Source: an uncultured Clostridia bacterium
Lineage (GTDB): Bacteria; Bacillota; Clostridia; TANB77; CAG-465
Direction: 5' to 3'
NCBI GenBank assembly: GCA_947630145.1
Contig: CANRGL010000001.1
Coordinates: 17,289-81,288 of the forward strand
Length of the DNA: 64,000 bases
Positions within the stretch are counted from its first letter, which is position 1, and every line of letters starts with the position of its first letter. Below the pieces are notes generated by a model. It ran no database searches, was not told where the DNA came from, and saw nothing but the letters and a program-made list of their open reading frames with translations. The position numbers were made by a program, and so were the translations under genes. Shown here piece by piece: positions 40,001-48,169 of the stretch.

Positions 40001-40677
40001 AATGTATTTTCTCCCTTATTATGTACAAATGTTATTCCATCTTGTGTTCTATTTATACTCTCATATTTTGAAAATACACCATTTGTGTCATTTAAAGTTT
40101 TACTTTCTCCTGCTTGAATTGTAAGTGTTGAGCTATCAAAACTAGGTCTTTTATCCATTTCATCAATTTGTCTATTTATATTATTTTTAAAATTAACATA
40201 TTCTGCTTGATATGTTGGCTCTAAAAATGTTGCATTACTTTGTCCTAATGTTTCCCATATATATTGTTGTGTATATACATAGTCTTTTTTCACACTCATC
40301 ATTTCAGGTGATGTTATTCTTTCATCAATTACATAATTTTGGTGTTTTGAATACCATCCTAAATATGCTATCTTACAAGCCTTTCTTATTGTTGGATCTG
40401 ATGGAGTATAAAATTCTCCATTATATGATTGACTAGTGGTAAATTCAACTAAAAATTCAGCACAAAAAACAGTTCTTCTTTCTCCTGTACTCAAATCAGT
40501 TAAATTTCTAATAAGTACACCATATTCTCCCATCAAACCAGTAGTCCTCATATAAGATGCAAATTGACCACCTGTCCATGTACCTGATGTAGCTAATATA
40601 GGTTGTGCAGTACTAAAAAGTATTGCAATTAGCATTAAAAATGCTGTTATTTTTTTAAATTTTATTTTTTTCATCAT
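37096..40677 (-). CDS. cell-wall-anchored surface adhesin: signal peptide, thioester-like N-terminal domain, CnaB/prealbumin-fold repeats, VPKTG sorting signal
   Basis: 1193 aa with an N-terminal signal peptide. FCAEF and TQQYIW resemble the Cys and TQxA motifs of thioester domains. EGAELEVIDENGEIVDKWTSTKESHK is repeated twice. C-terminus has VPKTGD + TM + KRGKK. Confidence 0.7.
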   Translation of the reverse strand: MMKKIKFKKITAFLMLIAILFSTAQPILATSGTWTGGQFASYMRTTGLMGEYGVLIRNLTDLSTGERRTVFCAEFLVEFTTSQSYNGEFYTPSDPTIRKACKIAYLGWYSKHQNYVIDERITSPEMMSVKKDYVYTQQYIWETLGQSNATFLEPTYQAEYVNFKNNINRQIDEMDKRPSFDSSTLTIQAGESKTLNDTNGVFSKYESINRTQDGITFVHNKGENTLTISVDENTNIENYNISDSTFKSWGLVKEGTQDNGTMIYFEFRDGIQNQLYNMHYNDPVSMKLSLKIELFGKLELQKLDTTGELVDGATYNVSGNNYNKDVVVENGKITIEKLKKGTYTIKEKNAPKGYLLDVKSYNVEVKPNQTASKAIVNSEPTGKIKINKTDIITGNSNRVDGTSHHGDATLKGAIYTLYAKENIYNVSHSKQFFNANDEIATFTFDEYGNAKINITNTDTKAELKVNEDYLDGIPMGKYYAKETTAPKGYKLDTKIYDYELKYKDQNTDKIVENYVVTNDVQRAKFEVIKVSTNDNNTANKVANAEFTAILNKYVDYYGSFEKAKEHINEYADDEYSIFKTGEDGHGISKALAYGEYMVEETYTPNDEIETVEPFYINIDKDSDGIIKEFVENDLPFESYIKMIKVDKKTGKVVTFSDTTFSLYRLNDNGEWEKVKCKTGLFYSDKWKTDKTGVAVTEDKLQCGTYKIDEIKLPKGFLELEDEIIFEINRSNKNLEFDSDYDAYITIKVGNEQPTGTIILDKSVALKDNVDTSLVDVSDLSKIEFTLVAKEKIIDMADGSTIYEKGAKVGNYKLSKDGKLEINNLPMGKYELKEIKTLDGVVLNDDPIEVVFEKKDNTTKVYTETREVENKPTEVEISKTTITGDEELEGAELEVIDENGEIVDKWTSTKESHKIEGLLVNKEYTLREKIAPDGFVKATEIKFRVNNNNDIQKVVMIDKILEVSKTDFITSEEIEGAELEVIDENGEIVDKWTSTKESHKVRGLEEGKTYVLRETTAPYGYEVTEEITFVVTSDKEIQKVEMKDMPILKNIKVIKVDSKTKETIKDKFTFAIYEDPECTKLIKEVNSNKDDGTALFEELRYGVYYIKETKAPKGYELSSKIIKVEINDKGIFIDDNKVEEKNSTIEFSFENVKIEVPKTGDENKLFFIGGIVMLSILSIIVFSIYNYKRGKKSN

Positions 40678-40742
40678 TTTTTTGTTCCTCCTTAATCAAA
40701 AAAAAGAACAAGTCATTTCAACTTGTTCCATATATAGTTTTA

Positions 40743-41399
40743 TTATCTATAATAAAAATTTATTGTCCACATATTACAATAAGGACAAGACCATACTTCA
40801 TATCCATAAGGGCAATTTTTATCATAAGTTTCTGTATCTATTTCATTCTTCTCCCATTGCTCTCCCCATTTTTTTTGAATACTATCATAGTAATTTATAG
40901 CACTTTGTTCTGAATTAAACCATAGATTAGTATTACCAGCTCCTATAAAATGTTTATCTGTACATTGAGGAGCAATGTTCTTTTTTTCTTGTTCATTTTT
41001 GTTTTCTTCAACTTTAGGTTGCACTTGTGGTATTGTTTCAACAGCCTTATTCTCTTGTTTTGTTACTTCATAATTATTATTTTCATTTTCCCTTTCATTT
41101 TCTACTTTTGTTATTTCTATTGGTGTTGTTGGAGTATTATCATATCGTTTTATTTCTACATTTTCTTTGTTAGAAGTATTTTTTTCTTCTTCTAACATTT
41201 CAGATACTTTATTTTCACTAACTACTTTTTCATCTTCTAAATCACTACTATTTTCTACATTATCTTCTGTATCAAAACTTGGAATATTTAAATCATTTTC
41301 TAATACATCTTTTTTACCAAATTTTATTACTAAAGCACTCAGTACACAAACTAATATAACAGCAATTACAATTAAAAATATAATAGCTTTTCTTTTCAT
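40743..41399 (-). CDS. membrane-anchored secreted hypothetical protein
   Basis: 218 aa with an N-terminal TM anchor, an acidic low-complexity linker and a Cys-containing C-terminal domain. Confidence 0.3.
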   Translation of the reverse strand: MKRKAIIFLIVIAVILVCVLSALVIKFGKKDVLENDLNIPSFDTEDNVENSSDLEDEKVVSENKVSEMLEEEKNTSNKENVEIKRYDNTPTTPIEITKVENERENENNNYEVTKQENKAVETIPQVQPKVEENKNEQEKKNIAPQCTDKHFIGAGNTNLWFNSEQSAINYYDSIQKKWGEQWEKNEIDTETYDKNCPYGYEVWSCPYCNMWTINFYYR

Positions 41400-41565
41400 A
41401 ATTTACCATCTCCTATTTTTATTATAATTTCTATCAGCTTTAATAACAAATCTATAAATTTAATATTATTTATAATTTAATTTATATATTATTTCTCTTT
41501 TAGTATGTATAGTAAGTATTTTAAAAGGGTTTGTAAGGGAAAAATTTGTAATGTGGACACACAAA

Positions 41566-42495
41566 CTATCTTAAATCTCTTTCTTGTTTTAATCGTTCTC
41601 TTTTGTTATGTTCTTGGACACACAAAATTATAAAGTCCTCCACATTTCCTGTTTCTTTAATCTTTGTTGGTATATACTTATCAATTCTTTCGTTATGTAT
41701 TTTTATAAATTCCTTTTGATTTGGCTTTTCCTTATCAAGTAATTCTTCTATCTTTTCTTCTGATATAGTTCCTTCTTGTTGCATTTTCTTTAATGTTATG
41801 GCTTGACTCAAACTAGGGGAAACTTCATCATAATCTAATTTATTTAGAATGACATATTGATAATCTTCTTCTAAATATGATAGTTCAACAGCAGGTCTAA
41901 ATGCTATTCTTTTACTATCGACTTCATCTAATAATTCAGGTATTAGTTTAGTAAGTCTAATGTATCTTCTTATATTTTCCCTACTTTCTCCAACTTCTTC
42001 GCCTAATCTTTCTCTTGATGTTAACTTCGGCACCACTGGTGCATAAGTTTCATTTTCTTCAAATTCTACATTTTTTCCTTGATGTTTCATAGCTTCTAAC
42101 TTCATTTTATAGGCATAAGCCTTTTCACTTGGTAAAATTTCCTCTCTTTGAATATTACTATCTACCATTAAAATTGTTGCCTCATCATCAGATAAATTTT
42201 TAACAATACATCTTATCTTTTTTATTCCTGCTAATTCACAAGCTCTCTTTCTTCTATGACCTGAAATCATTTCATAAGTACCATCATTTTTTGGTCTAAC
42301 AATAACAGGAATTATTACACCATATTCCTTAACACTATTTACCATTTCTCTCATTTTATCATCATCATTTACTTTAAATGGATGATTAGGGAATTCTGAT
42401 ATTCTATTTATTTCAATTTCCTCTACCTTTTCAGCATTATTGAAATCTCTTTCTTCTTGTGTTGTAAAAAAATCATCTAACTTTGGAAGTTTCAT
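41566..42495 (-). CDS. ParB/Spo0J-like nuclease-partition protein
   Basis: ParB box GHRRKRA. The ORF extends to 42516 and overlaps the parA end. Confidence 0.7.
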   Translation of the reverse strand: MKLPKLDDFFTTQEERDFNNAEKVEEIEINRISEFPNHPFKVNDDDKMREMVNSVKEYGVIIPVIVRPKNDGTYEMISGHRRKRACELAGIKKIRCIVKNLSDDEATILMVDSNIQREEILPSEKAYAYKMKLEAMKHQGKNVEFEENETYAPVVPKLTSRERLGEEVGESRENIRRYIRLTKLIPELLDEVDSKRIAFRPAVELSYLEEDYQYVILNKLDYDEVSPSLSQAITLKKMQQEGTISEEKIEELLDKEKPNQKEFIKIHNERIDKYIPTKIKETGNVEDFIILCVQEHNKRERLKQERDLR

Positions 42496-43291
42496 TTCTA
42501 GATTTTGCTCTTTCATTTTCTACTACCTCCTTTGCTAGATTTTTATAAGCATTCGCAACAGGATTATTTTTATCAAATTCAAATATACTTTTACCAGTCA
42601 AACTTGATTTTGCAGTATTAACAGCTTTAGGAATTTCTGTATTATAAATATTTATATGTTGACCATAATTATTTTCTAATGTATCTCTTACTTGCTTTGA
42701 TAAATTTGTTCTTTTATCAACTAAAGTAAGTAAAACTCCACCTATTTTTAAATTAGGGTTTATTTGTTTATGAATTTTTGATACTGTTTGTAATAAATGT
42801 CCCATTCCTTTTGCAGCTAAATATTCTCCTTGAACAGGGATTATTATATTATCACTACATGCTAAGGCATTTATTGTTATCATACCTAAACTTGGCATAC
42901 AATCAATTAAAATATAATCATATTTATCTATAATGCTACTAATAGAATTTTTTAATGTATATTCTCTACTCATAGCATTAACTAAATACATTTCTAATGC
43001 AGATAAATCTAAATTTGATGGAATTAAGTCTATTCCTTCGGAGTGATGAAGAATAGTATTCTTAATATTTGTTTCTTTATCTTGAATTGCATTGTTCATT
43101 AAAGTTCCAATTGTATTTTGTAGTTCATCTTGATTATAATATCCCATACAAGTTGTTAAATCTCCTTGTGGATCTGCATCAATAAGTAAAACTTTTTTGC
43201 CTTGTTTTGCAAGTGCAACACCTAAAGAAAAAGTAGTTGTTGTTTTACCAACTCCACCCTTTTGATTAGCAATAGCAATAATCTTACTCAT
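42473..43291 (-). CDS. ParA/Soj-family ATPase
   Basis: Deviant Walker A KGGVGKTT, 272 aa. Confidence 0.85.
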   Translation of the reverse strand: MSKIIAIANQKGGVGKTTTTFSLGVALAKQGKKVLLIDADPQGDLTTCMGYYNQDELQNTIGTLMNNAIQDKETNIKNTILHHSEGIDLIPSNLDLSALEMYLVNAMSREYTLKNSISSIIDKYDYILIDCMPSLGMITINALACSDNIIIPVQGEYLAAKGMGHLLQTVSKIHKQINPNLKIGGVLLTLVDKRTNLSKQVRDTLENNYGQHINIYNTEIPKAVNTAKSSLTGKSIFEFDKNNPVANAYKNLAKEVVENERAKSRNETSKVR

Positions 43292-43889
43292 TTTTTTCCT
43301 CCTTTCCTATTTTTTCTAAACGGACAAAAGGAAATGATGAATTAAAAGTATCTATATAATTTATATCATTATCTATACAATCCACATATTTTTCTATCGA
43401 ATAATTTAATGCTTTTAATACATCAGTTTCTGTTAAAAAGTCTTCATCAAACTTTTTTAAGTATATAAAAATATCATTTACTAATATCATATCATCAAAC
43501 TCAAATGTATACCATTTTTCCAAAGCTGGTAAGTCTTTTTCAAATAAATCAATATCTAATATCTTATATACCAGTTCCATTGTGTTCATAACAGATGCTA
43601 TGTATTTATTACCTAACATTTCATCTTCTTTTTCAAATACTGACAAAAGATTTTTTACATCTTTCTCATTTTTAAATTGTTTAGCATACTTATTCATTAT
43701 TTTTTTAAATTTACTTGAATTTGATATTGTTAATTGCATTAGCTTTAATAAGCCCTTTGCTTTTACAACTTCATTTAATAATTGTTTTCTGTATGAATAA
43801 TATTCTTCCAAACAACATATTTTTCTTTGTGTTTCTATATATTTTTCTAGTTCTTCATTTGTTAATTCCTTATCATTTTCTTCTTCCAT
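43284..43889 (-). CDS. hypothetical protein (last gene of the element before the uvrB junction)
   Basis: 201-aa ORF. It has no recombinase motifs. Confidence 0.3.
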   Translation of the reverse strand: MEEENDKELTNEELEKYIETQRKICCLEEYYSYRKQLLNEVVKAKGLLKLMQLTISNSSKFKKIMNKYAKQFKNEKDVKNLLSVFEKEDEMLGNKYIASVMNTMELVYKILDIDLFEKDLPALEKWYTFEFDDMILVNDIFIYLKKFDEDFLTETDVLKALNYSIEKYVDCIDNDINYIDTFNSSFPFVRLEKIGKEEKNE

Positions 43890-43906
43890 TTTTACCTCTC
43901 TTTCTG

Positions 43907-43945
43907 AGGCAAAAAAAAACTAATTTATTTCTAAATTAGTTTTTA
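43907..43945 (-). terminator. terminator/attenuator hairpin immediately upstream of 201-aa gene
   Basis: AAAAACTAATTTA-tttc-TAAATTAGTTTTT followed in minus sense by a U8 tract. It lies only about 20 bp before the RBS of the 201-aa gene. Confidence 0.45.
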
Positions 43946-44132
43946 ATGTTAGATATTATTTCAATAATCATATACTTATTTTGATGAGGACGAATCAGGA
44001 CGAATACAGGTCACAAATTTTATTTTTTTCATTTAATTTTCTTTAATATCATTAAATGTTATATTGTTCATTTTTGCTGTATTTTCAAGCATTAAACGGT
44101 ACTAAACATCATTAGAATTTTTGCTATTCATT

Positions 44133-44417
44133 CTAACTGATAAAATATTCTACTGCATTTTCTGGAAAAAATTCTTTAAACTCTGAATAAAGTTGTCCTG
44201 CAAGTGTTTTATTGTGTGTCATAATTATAGTAGGTTTTTGCACCTGTTCAATAACATTTGCTATTGTAAATGTCTTTCCACTACCTGTAACTCCAAGTAG
44301 TGTTTGATCCTTATACCCTTTATTTATTCCATCTACAAGCTTTGAAATTGCTTGTGGTTGATCTCCTGTTGGTTTAAATTTGGAATGTAATTTAAATAAT
44401 TTTTTTTCTTCTTTCAT
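44133..44417 (-). pseudogene. uvrB: uvrB 5' fragment (first ~95 codons) truncated by insertion junction
   Basis: [23 protein letters not shown]...[17 protein letters not shown]...[17 protein letters not shown] is the conserved UvrB N-terminus. The conserved YYDYYQPE continuation is replaced by IS-stop at 44133-44141. Confidence 0.8.
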
Positions 44418-44639
44418 TTTTTCCTTTCTTTGTGACCTAATTAAATTTTTAAAAGATAACAATCAACCAGACTTTCGTACCCAAAATACAAATTTTTATT
44501 GGTTAATAGTGAATTTTTTGATGAGTACAAATACAGGTCACAAATTTTATTTTGTATAACTAAATAATAAGTGTACAAAACATTATGTTTATAAATAATT
44601 AATTTTATCGTTTTTTCTAGATAATCTAATCTTTTTTTA

Positions 44640-44990
44640 TTAATTGCATATTTTTTTAAAATATAATATTTTAAGAATTTTGTTGCCCATTTTCTTAACT
44701 TAATACCATTTTTAGATTTTACACGATAACCAACAGATATAATCATATCCAAATTATAATAATTAGTTAGCTTATCAGAAAATTCAGAATTTCCGAATTT
44801 AGTTAAAGTTTCACTTTCCAATAGTTCCCCATCTTTATAAATATTTTTTCATTTATTGTAGATTTATCTTTTTGGAATAATTATGCCATTTGTTCTCGTG
44901 TTATACCTTCTATTTCATCTTTAATATTAGCATCTAATTTTACATTTTGATTTTCAAATATAATAATATCATTTTTTCGTATTTATTTAT
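44640..44990 (-). pseudogene. degenerate RhuM-family paralog (in-frame stop and frameshift)
   Basis: Translation in two frames parallels the intact RhuM copy (DIIIFENQNV...; LDMIISVGYRVKSKNGIKLRKWATKF). A TAA interrupts it after REQMA. Confidence 0.5.
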
Positions 44991-46005
44991 TTTCATTTAA
45001 ATATCTCTTATACATTTCATCCATACTTGAAATATATTGTTCGTCTTGTTTTATTCTATACTTTTCATATTCTGCATTAGCTTTATTAATTGCTTGTTTA
45101 TGAGATATTTTTCCAGAATCTTTTAGGAGTTCTTTTTTTCTAAATTTTAATAAATTATCCGTTTCATTTATCCAGTCTCTCATAGTCATAACTTGATTTT
45201 CTTCTGCCATTGTTTCTGCATAATCTAAAAATAATGTAGTTAAATTGTTTAGTTTCTTTAGTTCTTCTTCTCTTAAATAATTTTTTGCAATAGTTACATC
45301 ATATTTATATATCATTCCATCTGGAGCTTCTTTCCAAGTTGTAAGTCCCATATTAGTTTTACTTGCATCTACTCTTTCAAAAATAAGTTCAGCAGCAGTG
45401 TGTCCTGTTATTGCATAATGTAACTTATTTTGTACGATTTTAAAAAATGTATATGCTTCTTCAGAATTTTTATCATAATCAATTGATGTACTTATAAAGA
45501 TATCTGTTATTTTTTGATATGCCATTCTTTCACTTGTACGAATTACTTTTATTCTTTCTAATAATTCATCAAAATATTTTTGATTTACTTTTTCACCTTT
45601 TAGAAATCTTTCATCATCTAAAGCGAATCCTTTTGTCATATATGAATTTAATATTTTTGTTGCCCATATTCTAAATTCTGTTGCTTTTTTAGAATTAACT
45701 CTATATCCAACAGATATTATAACATCTAAGTTATAAAATTCTGTATTATATTTCTTCCCATCATTTGCAGTATGTGCAAATTTTGCACATACTTGATTTT
45801 TATCTAATTCACCTTCATTAAAAATATTTTTTAAATGTTTTGTTATCACACTTCTATCTATATCAAATATTTCAGACATAGTCTTTTGAGATACCCATAA
45901 AGTTTCGCCGTTTATCAATAACTCAATATTAGTATCACCATTATCTTTTTTATAAAACACTATATCACTATTAGAAGCAATCATTTTATTATCCATAAAT
46001 ATCAC
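44983..46005 (-). CDS. RhuM-family protein
   Basis: 340 aa with the DVIISVGYRVNSKKATEFRIWATKIL core typical of the RhuM/DinD-like family. Confidence 0.65.
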   Translation of the reverse strand: MIFMDNKMIASNSDIVFYKKDNGDTNIELLINGETLWVSQKTMSEIFDIDRSVITKHLKNIFNEGELDKNQVCAKFAHTANDGKKYNTEFYNLDVIISVGYRVNSKKATEFRIWATKILNSYMTKGFALDDERFLKGEKVNQKYFDELLERIKVIRTSERMAYQKITDIFISTSIDYDKNSEEAYTFFKIVQNKLHYAITGHTAAELIFERVDASKTNMGLTTWKEAPDGMIYKYDVTIAKNYLREEELKKLNNLTTLFLDYAETMAEENQVMTMRDWINETDNLLKFRKKELLKDSGKISHKQAINKANAEYEKYRIKQDEQYISSMDEMYKRYLNENK

Positions 46006-46273
46006 CTTCTTTTATATATCATTTTTATTATAACTTAATAACTTTCAAAAATCCTTACACGAATTTTATATAAATCAAGTCATAAACTTTTTTGTTCGTT
46101 TAACTTTATTTAGTTTTTTAGCGTTATTTTATAATTTTTTTCTTTCTTTATGATATTAAATAATACAAAATAACATTTTTTACTATATAATAATATCATT
46201 TTTTGCTTGAAAAAACAAGGATTTAAAAAAATCCTTGTTAATATTATTTTAACTAATTTCAAATATCATAAGT

Positions 46274-48049
46274 TTATTTTAATTTCCCATAATACATATC
46301 ACTAAATATCCCATTTTTTTCAATTAATTCATCATATTTTCCTTGTTCTTCTATCTTTCCTTTATTTAAAACAATTATTTTATCACAATTTTTTAAAGTT
46401 GTTAATCTATGTGCTATGGAAATTATTGTTGTATTATTTTCCTTTTGTAATTTTTCTATTTCTGTTTGAATATATTTTTCAGAAGTATTATCTAATGCAG
46501 ACGTTGCCTCATCTAAAATTAATATTTTTGGTTTTCTTAAAAATATTCTAGCTATTGCAATTCTTTGCCTTTGACCACCAGATAAGTTATTTCCACCTTC
46601 TGAAATATTAGAATTAAATTTATCTGGTAAACTATTTATATAATCGTAAATATACGCTTTTTTAGCAGCTTCTTCAACTTCAGTTTTGCTAACTTCTCTA
46701 TCTATACCATAACATATATTTTCATAAATAGTTCCTGCAATTAAGAAAGGACTTTGTGGAACTAATGCTATTAATTTTGATATATCTTTTCTACTTAAAG
46801 ATTCTATTTTATTAGAATCTATTATTATATCACCATATCCTTTTTCTAATTTACAAATTGCCTTTATTAATGATGACTTACCACATCCACTTGGTCCAGC
46901 AACTCCTAAAAACATTCCTTTTTCTATTGATAAATTAAAATTATCTAATATTAATTTATCTTTATTCTCATTATAATAAAACATTAAATTTTCTATTTTA
47001 ATTATTGGTTTTGTTTTTATTTCTTCATTTTTTCCTGATAATTCTTTATATGAAAAATCATTTGGTATTTCTACCATTTTAAAGAAATCTGTAGCTAGTA
47101 CTGTACATTCTGATAATTCATCAAATATTCTATGTAATTCCTCTAATGGTTTTATTAATTGATTAAAACATAAATATGCTGTTAAAACACTACCAACTGA
47201 AATAATGTTTTTAGTTGCTAAATATGTTGAAATTCCTATTATTAATACTGTAAAAAATGCTTGGTTTATAAACTTCAAACAATCGTATAATGCCATAGCT
47301 TTATGATGTTTCATTTCTTTTTTTCTTAAAAATTCTGATTTATTATCAAATCTGTTTATCTCAAAGTCTACACTATCACTAATCCTTATTACCTCTATAC
47401 CATTTATTAATTCTACAATAGTACCATCCATTTGAGATTTACTTTCTAGTAATTCTACTCTAATTCCTTTTTGACTTTTTATTTGTTTAAATACAATAAA
47501 TATTCCTATTGGTATTACTAACATCATAGGAAGTGCTAAAATAAATGGCAATGTTATGAATATTGTAATAATTGCTGCTATACTATTAAAAATTGCTGGA
47601 GCAAAATCCATAAATAACAATTTTTCTAATTTTACTGTGCCTTCTAAACATCTATTCATTCTTCCATGTATATTTCCTGTCATATTTTCTCTAAAATATG
47701 ATAAAGGTGCCATAAGAAGAGATTTTATAACCATTCCTCTTGCACGTTTTTCTGTTCTTGTTGCAGTATCTTCTACCATAACTCTTCTAATTATTTTTAT
47801 AATTTCATTTACAACATTTACAATTAAGATTAAAATTAGAAAAGGTATTACCTTTAAAAACGCGATTTTACTTTCAGTTAAAATATCATCTGTTAACCAA
47901 CCAATTGCTTTTGGAGTTATTTGAGTTAACATTGCTGAAATAATCATAATTATTACAATTATTGCAAAAGATATTTTTTGTTTTTTAGTAAGTATAGAAT
48001 ATAATTTTTTTAATACAGATTTAATAGACTCATCTTTTACTTTTTTCAT
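46274..48049 (-). CDS. ABC transporter, fused permease/ATP-binding exporter
   Basis: N-terminal 6-TM domain. Walker A GPSGCGKSS, signature LSGGQRQRIAIAR and Walker B ILILDEATSALD. Confidence 0.85.
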   Translation of the reverse strand: MKKVKDESIKSVLKKLYSILTKKQKISFAIIVIIMIISAMLTQITPKAIGWLTDDILTESKIAFLKVIPFLILILIVNVVNEIIKIIRRVMVEDTATRTEKRARGMVIKSLLMAPLSYFRENMTGNIHGRMNRCLEGTVKLEKLLFMDFAPAIFNSIAAIITIFITLPFILALPMMLVIPIGIFIVFKQIKSQKGIRVELLESKSQMDGTIVELINGIEVIRISDSVDFEINRFDNKSEFLRKKEMKHHKAMALYDCLKFINQAFFTVLIIGISTYLATKNIISVGSVLTAYLCFNQLIKPLEELHRIFDELSECTVLATDFFKMVEIPNDFSYKELSGKNEEIKTKPIIKIENLMFYYNENKDKLILDNFNLSIEKGMFLGVAGPSGCGKSSLIKAICKLEKGYGDIIIDSNKIESLSRKDISKLIALVPQSPFLIAGTIYENICYGIDREVSKTEVEEAAKKAYIYDYINSLPDKFNSNISEGGNNLSGGQRQRIAIARIFLRKPKILILDEATSALDNTSEKYIQTEIEKLQKENNTTIISIAHRLTTLKNCDKIIVLNKGKIEEQGKYDELIEKNGIFSDMYYGKLK

Positions 48050-48169
48050 ATCATTCTCCTCTTTAAATATTTTTTATATAAAATTAAACAAACTTATTTA
48101 CATATAAAGCCCATATTAATAAATTCTACATTTAATAATATGGGCAAATTTAATTGTATTTTTATTAAA

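Noticed and set aside
43284-43889. I checked the boundary 201-aa and 409-aa (20123-21352) proteins as possible integrases
   Set aside because: They have no R..HxxR..Y tyrosine-recombinase pattern and no serine-recombinase catalytic motifs, and they are acidic.
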